Made by a program: the position numbers and the translations under genes. A stretch of DNA of 64,000 nucleotides, taken from the NCBI RefSeq assembly GCF_006345805.1, contig NC_043012.1:5084001-5148000 (forward strand). Reading direction: 5' to 3'. The DNA comes from Octopus sinensis. Lineage: Eukaryota. The notes under the pieces are model-generated. The model worked only from the letters and a program-made list of their open reading frames with translations. It had not been told where the DNA came from and did no database searches. This document shows, in pieces, positions 43,819 to 56,727 of this stretch. How positions within the stretch are numbered: position 1 is the stretch's first letter; each line of letters begins with the position of its first letter.

Positions 43819-44982
43819 CAGGATGCGTAAAATATTTGAGCACAGATTTATCTTTCTAATAAAAACAGATATATAATAACAGATAACTTTAATACAATAA
43901 CAGATAACTTCTCAAAAAATGCTATGAAGATAAAAATAAACGTTCTTTTCTATAATGTTATTCAATAAATCTTCTGCTTCAACAACTGCTTCTATACGAA
44001 ATCTAAATCATCTACATGCTCGAATCAAGTGCTCCTGGTTCATTTTGGACTTAACTCTGACTATGGCAGCTTTCAAAGAATCTTTGGTGTTCGTTAACCT
44101 CTCTCTCAACAACGCTCCACATGTAATAGTTGAGATCTAGAGAATTAGGAGGCCAAATGTTAGGGGTTATATGATCAAGAACATTTTCAGCCATCCATTC
44201 CTCTGATATTAGTGCCATTTGTGATATTTGTGACCCACATATAACCTTCCATTGTATACACCGTCTATCCAGGGCTTAACAATTATTTCCTCAATGTAGA
44301 CGGCAGAGTTAACTCTAAGGCCTTGTGGAAAGAAGTAAGGAGGCATCACATGTCTTTCATTGCTGACAAGTCCTAAAACCATGACACATAACCTACACAT
44401 AACCATCTGTCATTTCTTCTGTTAACTTTTTGATCTTGGTCGAAACTTTTCTCGTTTCAGAAAAACCAACTCAAATCTTCTGCTGGATTTTTCCGTTTGC
44501 TTAAGAGCCTTTTAGATCTGATGTAGTGAGTTTCTTTTGCTTTTTCTGACAAATTGACCTTTCCTCATCATATAAGTCTTCTATCTGATGTCTTCGCGGA
44601 CAACATTTCTGACTGCTCCTTTTGACATAAGGAGATTTTTTGAAATTGATCTCATAGATTTCTTGGGATTATAATCAATGGCCTGTTGCACTTGCTAGAT
44701 AAATTCAGGTGTTATGATGATTTTCACTGCGTTTAGAATGCTTTTTACGCTTTGATACAGGTGACACATTTCCATCTTCAGCCTCTGACAACTTTTAAAA
44801 ATCGAGGTATTTCTAAACCGCTATGCTCGGCCTTTATAACCACAATAACAGCATGCCTCTTCATTTCTTGAGTAAGCTGAGGGTCTGCCATAATTATTTT
44901 CTGAAACAAAGATTATACAAAATTAGCAAAAATGCAGCAATGATCGAAAAAATGTACGTCCACAATTATCTTACGTACACTT
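43819..44982 (-). mobile_element. Second maT-type Tc1/mariner element, decayed
   Basis: TIR CAGGATGCGTAAAATATTTGAG; minus translation WFF*NEKSFDQDQKVNRRNDRWLC, VMVLGLVSNERHVMPPYFFPQGLRVN, WMAENVLDHITPNIWPPNSLDLN; colinear with 12094-13333. Confidence 0.85.
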
Positions 44983-45120
44983 AGCGGGTCGGCAAAAGTG
45001 AACAATAGTATAAGTACTGTGCTTACAAATAAGTCCTGGGCTCGATTCGTACGTATAAAGGTGGTGCTCCAGCATGGCCGCAATCAAATGACTGAAACAA
45101 GTAATAGAATAAATGAATAA
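44980..45120 (+). mobile_element. SINE B 3' fragment
   Basis: CTTAGCGGGTCGGCAAAAG..GGTGCTCCAGCATGGCCGCAATCAAATGACTGAAACAAG. Confidence 0.85.
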
Positions 45121-45132
45121 GTATATATACTT

Positions 45133-45169
<37 letters not shown>

Positions 45170-45221
45170 TGTATGTATGTATGTATGTATGTATGAACAT
45201 ACACACACACACACATATTCC

Positions 45222-45260
<39 letters not shown>

Positions 45261-45663
45261 TCTCACTCTCTTTCTCTCTGTATATATATATAGATATACA
45301 TATACATTGACGCATACATCTGTGTATGTACTTCAACACATATACTGAAATAGGTAATCATCACCATACAAACCGAGATAAGCGTGTATATTAATTATAA
45401 CAGCATGATATATGCGCAAGCTTTTAAAAATGAGCGTTGATATGATTGTGTACATATATATTTCTACTTTTATATAAGATCATCTGATAGTCTCATTAAC
45501 CCACGAATAACACATTCACCCCGACACACATATTTCATAATTCTGTAATGTCTGACTGTAAATAGACGCGAGACACAATAAATACATTACAATTATTAAT
45601 CGACGCCTATACTCACACACATAAACTTGTGTGTGGTGTGTGTTTGCGTTTGTGTGCGTATAT

Positions 45664-45713
<50 letters not shown>

Positions 45714-45910
45714 TGTATATGTATATATATATATTATATATATATATATATATATACATATATATACACATGTGTGTGTGTGTGTGTATGTGTTGTGTGT
45801 ATTTATAGATAAATAGACAGACAGACAGATATAATCTATAATTCTCTCAATCTCTTCCGCTTTCCTGTAGGATGTGCATTTTTTATCTTCTGAAATTTTA
45901 TTCGTTTATA

Positions 45911-45949
<39 letters not shown>

Positions 45950-46314
45950 TATATTACTTGTTGTTTCTTTTGTTTTGTTTTTTGATAATGTGCTATTTTG
46001 CTTTCAAAAGATGCAGCCGATATTTCTTATCACGAAACCATCCTTCATACCGTTATCGTTACTGGCAGCTTCTGCGTTCAAATGAATCTTTAGTTACTAT
46101 CAAAAAGATAACGAAAGAAAAGTGAAAAATTGAAATAATATACATAAAAAACTGAAATAAAAATTCAAGAACAAATTACACATTTCTGTTGTTCTTGTGG
46201 TTTTTATTGCCGATTTTCATAAGCATATTTTCTTCTCGTATGTTATCGTCATTACGAGGGTTTCCTTCGGTATCAGCGTTTCGTTATCATAGCATCGATT
46301 AATCTCCTATGACG

Positions 46315-46386
<72 letters not shown>

Positions 46387-46446
46387 ATATATAATATATA
46401 TTTGTATATATATATATGAAACCAAAGCGTGCGTAAGATATAAGAT

Positions 46447-46510
<64 letters not shown>

Positions 46511-46616
46511 GTATGATGTATGTATGTATGTATGTGTTAGGTGGTGTTGTGTATGTGTATGAATCTATTAATATGTATGTGTGAGAGGTGGCGTTGTGTT
46601 CAAGTATGAATATGTA

Positions 46617-46659
<43 letters not shown>

Positions 46660-46926
46660 GTGAGAGAGAGAGAGAGAGAGGTGGGTGTGCCTATATAGCT
46701 GTAAGGTTATGAATGTATGCAATGTCAAGATACACATACACAAACACATACCGATACATATAAAACACAAGCGCACAGGCAAACATCCAGACACGTATAG
46801 AGAGTTGGATTGGCTGAATCACTAGAGTTTCGGGGGAAGAATTGTGTTGGTGGTTTACCTGTCTATTTTTTGCGCTTTTCAGTTCAAATTTCACCGAGAA
46901 CATCGCGCTTCTTCCTGCGCAGCCGA

Positions 46927-46999
<73 letters not shown>

Positions 47000-47086
47000 C
47001 ATACAATACATCTACATATATATATATATATAATAATATATATATATACATACATATACACATACATATACATCTACATATATATA

Positions 47087-47507
47087 CTCTTTACTCTTTT
47101 GCTCTTTTACTTGTTTCAGTCATTTGACTGCGGCCATGCTGGAGCACCGCCTTTAGTCGAGCAACTCGACCCCGGGACTTATTCTTTGTAAGCCCAGTAC
47201 TTATTCTATCGGTCTCTTTTTGCCGAACCGCTAAGTGACGGGGACGTAAACACACCAGCATAGGATGTCAAGCAATGCTAGGGGAACAAACACAGGCACA
47301 CAAACACACACACGCATACATACATATATATATATACATATATACGACGGGCTTCTTTCAGTTTCCGTCTACCAAATCCACTCACAAGGCATTGGTCGGC
47401 CTGGGGCTATAGCAGAAGACACTTGCCCAAGATGCCACGCAGTGGGACTGAACCCGGAACCATGTAGTTGGTTAGCAAGCTACTTACCACACAGCCACTC
47501 CTGCGCC
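47087..47507 (-). mobile_element. SINE B, full length, embedded in (TA)n
   Basis: Very similar to 39451-39868 along its whole length. Confidence 0.93.
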
Positions 47508-47564
47508 TATATATATATATAAATATATATATATACACATACATATCTATATATATACATATAT

Positions 47565-47620
<56 letters not shown>

Positions 47621-48009
47621 CGTTCTCAGTCGAAAGACGCCTGTTGTTATTTCTTGTTTATATTCGTAATTGTGTGCCACGTTCTCCATTTTTGTTTGTT
47701 TGTTTTTTTGCCTTTGTTGCTGTACACATTCGCTAGCTTTCTTACAAAGGTGTCTAATGCTCTTAGCTTAGACTTTGTTGGGGGGGGGCAACTCAATCGA
47801 ACCATCTCAAGTGTAACTTACCGAAATGGTCGTGACTTCTGGAACTTGACTGAACAAAGAAAGCCACGAATGCCCCGTCTTTTTTTTCCTGTCCTTTTAA
47901 TGGATGTTTCTCTTGTCCGCCTTTATATCGTCTATCTGTCCGAATGTTTTAATGTCCTGTATTGCGTTTTTGTTCCATTTCTATATGATATATACATGCA
48001 TATACATAT

Positions 48010-48087
<78 letters not shown>

Positions 48088-48348
48088 CGGCGTACGTACA
48101 CCTTGTGCTCACCTTATAGAAGGTATGTATCTAAATTTTGTACGACTCTTGCTTTATCTCTTATTCCCTCTCAGTTTTTTCTTTTTTCTCGCTCCCCTTC
48201 TCTCCCATTTCTTGGCCCTCTCTTTAACTCCCACTATTTCCTACTCGTTTATGTCCCCTGTACCTTTCTCTTTGTCTCTAATTTTTTTCTAATCCTTCAA
48301 TACCACAGAGAAAGATAGACAAACAGTTATAATATGTGATACACACAA

Positions 48349-48764
48349 GGCGGAGAGCTGGCAGAAACGTTAGCACGCCGGGCAAAACGCGTAGCTGTAT
48401 TTCGTCTGCCGTTACGTTCTGAGTTCAAATTCCGCCGAGGTCGACTTTGCCTTTCATGTTTTCGAGATTGATAAATTAAGTACCAGTTACGCTCTGGGGT
48501 CGATATAATCGACTTAATCCGTTTTTCTGTCCTTGTTTGTCCTCTTAGTGTTTAGCCCCTTATGGGTAGTAAAGAAATAGGCATTTCGTCTGCCGTTACG
48601 TTCTGAGTTCAAATTCCGCCGAGGTCGACTTTGCCATTCATCCTTTCGAGATTGATCAATTAAGTACCAGTTACGCACTGTGGTCGATATAATCGACTTA
48701 ATCCGTTTGTCTGTCCTTGTTTGTCCCCCCATGGGTAGCCCCTTGTGGGCAGTAAAGAAATAAG
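48349..48764 (+). mobile_element. SINE A with two tandem long-tail units (184-bp period)
   Basis: Units start at 48397 and 48581; junction AAAGAAATAG|GCATTTCG. Confidence 0.9.
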
Positions 48765-50093
48765 AGAGGGAGTTGTTTGCGTGTGTGTGTGTGTGCGTAC
48801 ATACAACCACATAAATAGACCATTGAATAAACAGATAGACAACACATTAATTAGTGTGTTTTGAGACTGTAATATGCTTTGTAGTGAATCATCAAATCTT
48901 TTTAAATGAAGCTGAATTTACTGCCCTCACTCGGATGCATCTCCATAAAAGAAAATTAAAAGTATCCTTGTGAACAGTTTTAATTGTTATTGGAGCCTTA
49001 TCAGGAACTGACAAGTATGGTTGATCTATCTACAAATACCCACGAATATACTCTATCTATAGCTACTAGATTTAAGGACCTCATTAGATTATAGAAACGC
49101 ATTTGCATAAAGAACTCATTTGGTGGATGTCACTACGATTAGTCAATTAATGACGCGTTAAACTGTATGTGTTTGGACGCTGTAATGTACATCAGAGAAA
49201 AACTAATTTTTCTGCCGACGCTATAAACACAGCGTCGGGAAAATGCCTTTTGAAGTGACACATTGGTTGGAGTATATTGCCGTCACATCAATATTTTCTA
49301 TCGCTAATACGATATATTACTTTCTCAGAACAATTTTCACAGACATGCGCGCACACGTAATCTACCATTGATATACATACGCACACAAAATATTTCCCTC
49401 TTAAGTGGACAGCATTAGTAGGGATGACACAAAAGAAAAGAATATGTATTCCTGTTTGTATGTGTCTGCATATGTACATATGTGTGTGCGTGTGTGTGTG
49501 TGTGTGTGTGTGCATATATACACACACATACATACATACATACATACATACATACATACACATTCATATTCAGATAAAAATATATGAATATATATATATA
49601 TATTCATATGAAGATAAATAACTACATGTATGTATATATGTATACATAGATAGATCGATAGATAAATATGTGTTTGTATATATACATATAAATGTATATC
49701 AAAGTTTAGATGTTATATATTTATTTATATGTGTGTGTGCATGCGTTTATGCGTGTAAGATTATGCGCATATGCACGCGTACGTGTGTGTGTATGTGCGC
49801 CCATGTGTATGCGCGAGTGTGTGTTTGTACAGCTAAGACCATATATACATATGTGATTGAATACATCTAATAGAAGACGATGCTTCTTTTTTCACCTTTA
49901 ATGACATCATACGATATATCCAATAAACATTGACCGTCTTGACACCGGACCCTGACCGTGACTCGGCACCGCTAGCTTAGCCACTGCTCATTTTGTCTAC
50001 CTGGCTTCCTGCTCATAGCTCCTGACTCTTGCCCCATAAACACCAAGAGTCTTTCTCTGAATCTGCCGTCTCTCCCACTCTACGTATACTTAC

Positions 50094-50151
50094 CTTTCTC
50101 CCCTTTCCTCTTATTCTAATGATTGTAAGAACTCTCCGAACTGAACTGACT
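50094..50151 (-). promoter_or_regulatory. Candidate TATA-less transcription start and short non-coding first exon
   Basis: Minus strand TTCAGTCAGTTCAGTT = three overlapping TCAGTY initiator motifs (50139-50153); AAG|GTAAGT donor at 50094/50093; unique, locally CpG-richer flanks. No transcript data. Confidence 0.35.
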
Positions 50152-50482
50152 GAACAGAAAATTCTCAACTGCCAAAGTCGACTTGGATTAGCCATGCTTG
50201 CCATCGTTTCTGTCTGCAATCCTTAGAAAAGCACAACTACTTGGGGCTCTTGCATTCTATGGCCTGAAGGGCGCAAAGTTCGCACACGTGCACCTACGCA
50301 CACGCGCACACACGCATACACGAACATACTCACTTGCACAAACACATGCTCCCCTACTCAAATGCTCATCTATATATATATTTAGATATATGTGCATGTA
50401 AATATGCGTAGCTTTTGCTCCCCCAACCTCTCTCTCTCTTTATGTATGTATATATATATATATACATATATACATATACATA

Positions 50483-50524
<42 letters not shown>

Positions 50525-50607
50525 TATGTATATGTATATATGTATATATATATGTATATGTATATATGTATATATATATATACATACATATATACATATA
50601 TAAAGTA

Positions 50608-50654
<47 letters not shown>

Positions 50655-50689
50655 GTATATATACATTCAATATATATATAATATGTGTG

Positions 50690-50900
50690 TGCTTTTGTGT
50701 CTGTGTTTGTCCCCCCACCATTATTGTCAACCGATGCTGGTATGTTTACGTCCCCGTAACCTAGCGGTTAACAAAATAGGCCGATAGATTAAGTACTAGG
50801 CTTACAAAGAATAAGGTCCTGGAGCCCATTTGTTCGACTAAAGGCGGTGCTCCAGAAAGGCCTCACTCAAATGACTGAAACAAGCAATGAAGAAACGAGT
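50690..50900 (+). mobile_element. SINE B 3' half
   Basis: GTGTTTGTCCCCCCACC..AAGGCGGTGCTCCAG..AAATGACTGAAACAAG. Confidence 0.85.
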
Positions 50901-51278
50901 TAAAGAATGTATATATATATAATATATAATATATTATATATATATATATATATATATACCCCATCCTTAAATATAACAATACACATCGGGACTTTTTTCT
51001 GCTCTTTGATTATTATTTTCGAAATTGCAATATTCCATGTATATCAAATAAGTTATCGCTAACATACATTTTGTTTTGAATGTAAACGGCAATGTACATT
51101 CTTGTACGTTTACTGAGAAAGCCTTCTATCACTGCTTCAGCAATAACAGAGAAGAAAATTTAGGCTTCGCTGATGAAGTCAGAATAAGACACAAACAAAT
51201 TAGGAGCTATGTTTCGTCTTCTGTACTTGCTAGAAAAAATTTTTTTAATTATTTTTGTCCTTTATTAATATATCAATA

Positions 51279-51702
51279 GGCGTAGGAGTGGCTGTGTGGT
51301 AAGTAACTTGCTTACCAATCACATGGTTCCCGGTTCAGTCCCACTGCGTGGCACCTTCGGCAAGTGTCTTCTACTTTCGCCTCGGGCCGACCAAAGCCTT
51401 GTGAGTGGATTTGGTAGACGGAAACTGAAAGAAGCCCGTCGTATATATAAATATATATATATATGTATGTGTGTGTATAAGTTTGTGTATCTGTGTTTGT
51501 CCCCACCACCACCACCAGCATCGCTTGACAACCGTTGCTGGTGTGTTTACGTCACCGTCACTTAGCGGTTCGGCAAAAGGGACCGATAGAATAAGTACTG
51601 GGCTTACAAAGAATAAGTCCCTGGGTCGATTTGCTCGACTAAAGGCGGTGCTCCAGCATGGCCACAGTCAAATGACTGAAACAAGTAAAAGAGTAAAAGA
51701 GT
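51279..51702 (+). mobile_element. SINE B, full length
   Basis: Complete head, CORE-like segment, internal TA/TG run and tail. Confidence 0.93.
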
Positions 51703-51971
51703 ATAGAGATATTATTATCTTACCCTTTTACTGTGAAATTATATTTCATGATTATTCCTTTAAAGATGTTATCTACCGAAAGCAAAATTGGGATTCTCTG
51801 CATGTCATGTTTCTTCGGTAATCTTGACTTATCTCAATTCAAAATAGTTTCAAACATGACATTTCTCAGCTAAAGAGGGATTGGTGTATAAAACTGATTT
51901 ACTTCCGCAGTTAAATTATTCATCCACGAACAACCCTAGTTTTTTGTGCTGACTAATGCACAATCTTGTAG

Positions 51972-52402
51972 ATTTAGTTAATTTAATTTAATTTAATTTA
52001 ATTTTTTTGGCTCAAAAAGCAAAAGCAAGACCATGTAGGGGGACATGGAGTTATTTACAGGGAGGGTGTTCATACAAAGAGTTCAGGCCATTTCTGGTCA
52101 AGAGAGACTTTGAACCGAGTGGTCGTCGGCATCTTCACCATCTCGTCCGGCAGCTTATTCCACGGATCCGCAACCCAGACGGAGAACGCCCCTCTGCTTC
52201 GATTGAGATGAAATCGTCGTAGATAGAGCTTTTCGGAGTGACCCCGCAGCCCACGCTCCGGAGCAGGAGTGAAGAACAGCTCTTTCGAGAGGTTACACTT
52301 TCCGCTTATGATGTTGTGAGCGAGAATGAGATCACCACGGCGTCGTCGTCTTTCGAGAGAATACAGGTCGAGCGTCATCAGCCTTTCTTCATAAGACAGT
52401 TA
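51972..52402 (-). mobile_element. CR1-clade LINE 3' end with (TAAAT)n tail
   Basis: LDLYSLERRRRRGDLILAHNIISG..LFFT..LRGHSEKLY..AFSVWVADPWNKLP, short 3' UTR, pentamer tail at 51972-52005. Confidence 0.85.
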
Positions 52403-52626
52403 GAGAGTCTTTGACTGAAAAGCGCAGTGAATGCTGAGATAAGCTGAGATTAGGACCAAATCCACTTTTAAGAAAGTATTTCCCGACAGTAACTACTGTG
52501 GAAGGTAGCCTTCGCTGATGAACTTGAAATAAGTCTAAAACATGACTGAAATTATCTCCTCTTTGTATAACTTGTATGAAAAATGAAAATTATGCTAGGG
52601 ATTGTATAACATTGTTGTCTTCCAGC

Positions 52627-53022
52627 GGCGAGCTGGCAGAACCGTCAGCACGCCGGGAGAAATGCTTAGCGGTACCGCGCGTCGCTACGTTCTGAGTTCA
52701 AATTCCGGCGTGGTCGACTTTGCCTTTCATCCTTTCGGGGTCGATTAAATAAGTACCAGTTATGCACAGGGGTCGATATAATCGACTTAATCCGTTTGTC
52801 TGTCCTTATTTGTCCTCTCTGTGTTTAGCTCCTTGTGGGTAGTAAAGAAATAGGTATTTCGCCCGTCGCTACGTTCTGAGTTCAAATTCCACCGAGATCA
52901 ACTTTGCTTTTCATTCTTTCGAAGTCGATAAATTAAGCACCAGTTGCGTATTGGGTTCAGACTAATCGACTGGCCTCCTCCCCAAAATCTTCGGGCCTTG
53001 TGCCTAGAGCAGAAGAAAATAT
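52627..53022 (+). mobile_element. Dimeric SINE A
   Basis: Junction AAAGAAATAG|GTATTTCG at 52853/52854. Confidence 0.9.
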
Positions 53023-53081
53023 TGCTTTCTTCTCGCTTCGTATGTATTTCCAGTTAAATTTCCAATTTCCCTTATATAGAA

Positions 53082-53379
53082 GTAGCAGTATCGCCCGGCG
53101 TTGCTCGGGTTTGTAAGGGAAATAACTATATAAGCATTTTTAGAGAGTTACTTCCCTTATATAATAGCAAAAATACATTAAAAATGGGAAAAAATGATGG
53201 TAATTATTTTTTTTAATCGTAGACTCATCGTAGACGCACGCTAATACCCAGAAGTGCTCGATATGAATCACGACTATAAGATACCCGCTTTTGGTTAAAC
53301 TGCACCGCAAAATGTGGGAGTAGTTAGAAATCTAAATCGTAGGAGACAGACACACAACTTCTCTTTTATATATAAAGAT
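53082..53379 (+). mobile_element. Non-autonomous Helentron-type (HINE/DINE-like) element
   Basis: 5' GTAGC..CCCGGCGTTGCTCGGG and 3' CAGACACACAACTTCTCTTTTATATATAAAGAT resemble HINE termini as I recall them; no TSD seen. Confidence 0.55.
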
Positions 53380-53713
53380 ATGTTTGGAGTCATTTATTAT
53401 TTTACACAACAGATGTACAAATTACTACCAAAGAATTTTGCGCCGGGATATGAAGGTAATGATCTATAATTTACAGATGAGCTTATAATAATACCGAGAC
53501 ATATCCAGACTTGTCTCCTGTTAAGTATGCATGCCAGAAAATTAAAAATACAATTTTACTACCGGCTGCTTTCGCTTTCTTTTCATCATAGATTTGTTCC
53601 TGGTTTTGAAGTTGTTTATGTTCATACATTAAACGCATTTAATTGGTTCACACTAGCATGGCTAGATCACGTGATAATGTGCGGTATTGTTCGTTGTGCT
53701 TACTCTCTTTTAG

Positions 53714-53817
53714 CACGAAAATCAACGGTCACAGCATGGAAGAAGAAGAGTGTTTACTGTTAAGCCAGGAGAGATATCTTTTGATCATCACGAATCTGTC
53801 TGAAGCACAACCGTTAG
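53714..53817 (+). other. Candidate spliced exon (104 nt) followed by a candidate 77-nt intron
   Basis: GCTTACTCTCTTTTAG| acceptor, TAG|GTAAGA donor, T-rich TTTGTAG acceptor at 53894; one open frame with AGCATGG at 53736; product not recognised. Confidence 0.28.
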
Positions 53818-53945
53818 GTAAGATTATGTTGAGTTTGTTGCCGCCTTTTTTTTATGCAGTTGTGTGCGTGTGTTTTTTTTTATTCTTTTTGTAGGTGAGA
53901 AAAATCAATGAAAAGATCAAGTAGAATGATAACGAGGACAATTGT

Positions 53946-53988
<43 letters not shown>

Positions 53989-54170
53989 GCTGCGACTGCT
54001 ACTACTGCTGCTGCTGCTGCGACTGCTACTGCTATTCCTACTGCTGCTGCCGCTGTTGGTGTTTCTGATGCAACAGGTATTTATATATTATTACTTATTG
54101 TTGGCGATGTAAAGCGAGTGTGACAATCTTCTTCGGCAGCAGCAACAACAACAACAACAGAAGCATCTGC

Positions 54171-54211
<41 letters not shown>

Positions 54212-54339
54212 AAAAGAAGGAGATGGAGGAAGAGAGTCAGGAGAAATTGAAGGTTTAGAAGAAGACAACGATGGCGGTGAGGATGTGACACGTGCTGGGA
54301 AGATGATTTTGTTAAAGGTACCGATGGTGCTTCGTTGTT

Positions 54340-54610
54340 GGTGGTGGTGATGGTGGCCATGGTGGAGGTTATAGTGGTGTTTGTGGTGAGGTGGTGGTGC
54401 AGTTGGTGGGGATGGTGGTGGTCGCGAGAGCGTTAATGGCGATGGTGATGCTAGTGGTGGTGGTGGTGGTGTGGTGATGATAATAATGTTGATGGCGGTG
54501 GTGGCACTGGTGATAGTAGCAGCTGTAGTAGCGGCGGTCATGGTGGCGGTGTTCGTGGCAGTGGAGATGACGGCGTTAGTTTTTGAGCGGTAGCAGTGGT
54601 GGTGGTGGTG

Positions 54611-54649
<39 letters not shown>

Positions 54650-55350
54650 GTTAGTAGTAGTAGCGGTCCTGATAGTGGTGGCGGTGGAGGTGGTAGTAGC
54701 AACTTTGGTCTTGGTGGTGGAAGTAGTGATAGTGGCAGAGGTGCTAGTATTAGCGGTGGCCGTGGTGGTGGTAGTGGTGGCGGCCGTGGTGGTGGTCGCG
54801 GAGGCGGTGGTAGCCGTGGTGGTGGTAGTGGTGGTCGTAGTCGTGGTGGTCGTGGTGGTGGTGGTGGTCGTAGTCGTGGTGGATGTGGTGGCAGTGACGG
54901 GCTTCGTGGGAGTAGTACGATCCGTGGTGGCAGTGGTGGTGGTGGTGGTGTTATTGTTGTTGCTGGTGGCGGTGGTGGTGATGGTGGTCGTCGTCGTCGT
55001 GTTGGTCGCTGAGACGGTGGCAGCCATTGTGGAAGTAGTGGGATCCATGGTGGTGATGGTGTTGTTACTGTTGTTGTTGGTGGTGGTGGGAGTGATGGTG
55101 GTTGTTGTTGTTATTGGTGGTGGTGGTGGTAGTGGTGGTCAGGGAGGTGGACGTGGTGGTGGTATTATGATCCGTGGTGGAGGTGGTGGTGGTGGTGGTG
55201 ATGGTGGTCACGGAGGCGGCGGCGGCCGTGGTGGTGGGAGAGGGGGTAGTATGATCCGTGGTGGCTTTGGTGGCGTTGTTGTTATTGTTGTCGCTGCTGG
55301 TGGTGGTGGTGGTGGTGGTGGTTGTGGTTGTGGTGGCGAGTGTGGTGTGA
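54340..55350. repeat. G-rich trinucleotide mosaic (GGT/GTA/GTC/GGC)n
   Basis: Direct reading; repeat register shifts, giving long low-complexity ORFs in several frames on both strands. Confidence 0.9.
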
Positions 55351-55489
55351 GTCTACCAACCTTGGAATTGGTTGTTCTTGTCTGATTAGTAAAAAGTCGT
55401 AAAGTCTTTCATAAGACACTGCCACGGGCAAAGTATCAATACTCACTGATTGCACTGGCAACCATTTCGCTTGATGATCGCATATTCAT

Positions 55490-55532
<43 letters not shown>

Positions 55533-55942
55533 TGTGAGTGTTGATTTCTTTATTTCTTTATTTCTTTATTTCTTTATTTCTTTATTTTTGCTGTCATTGA
55601 TTGATTGATATGGAGAATATCATCAGTAGGACTGCGGATATTATACAACAGCAAACAACAACAACAACAACAATGATAGCTAAAAGAGCAGTGGTAGCAG
55701 CAGCAACAACAATATCAATGAACCCCAACTGCAAGAATAACAATAGAGATGATGACGACTACGAAGACGACGGTAACAGGGTCAAAAGTAAGGGACAACT
55801 GCAGAAACAAGAAAAGCAATTACAAAAACAAACAAACAACAGCAACAACGACACGAGCAATAGTAACAACAACAACAACTACAATAGCAACCAGAAAAGC
55901 ACCAACATTAACGGTTATAAGAATAATAGCTACAACAACAAC

Positions 55943-56635
<693 letters not shown>

Positions 56636-56727
56636 AGAAACAGAACAACGGTAATGGCAGCAACAACGGCTGTTGTAACCAAGGCAGCCACAAGTAGGGA
56701 TACAACTGCAATAGCAATTACGAGAAC

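Noticed and set aside
48397-48764. CRISPR-like direct repeats
   Set aside because: 184-bp SINE units without unique spacers, in eukaryotic context with no cas genes.
54095-55385. 317-aa Thr-rich (mucin-like), 138-aa Gly-rich and 236-aa Val-rich ORFs
   Set aside because: Overlapping on both strands; repeat register shifts mid-ORF (Thr to Tyr/His to Pro); no signal peptide or domain.
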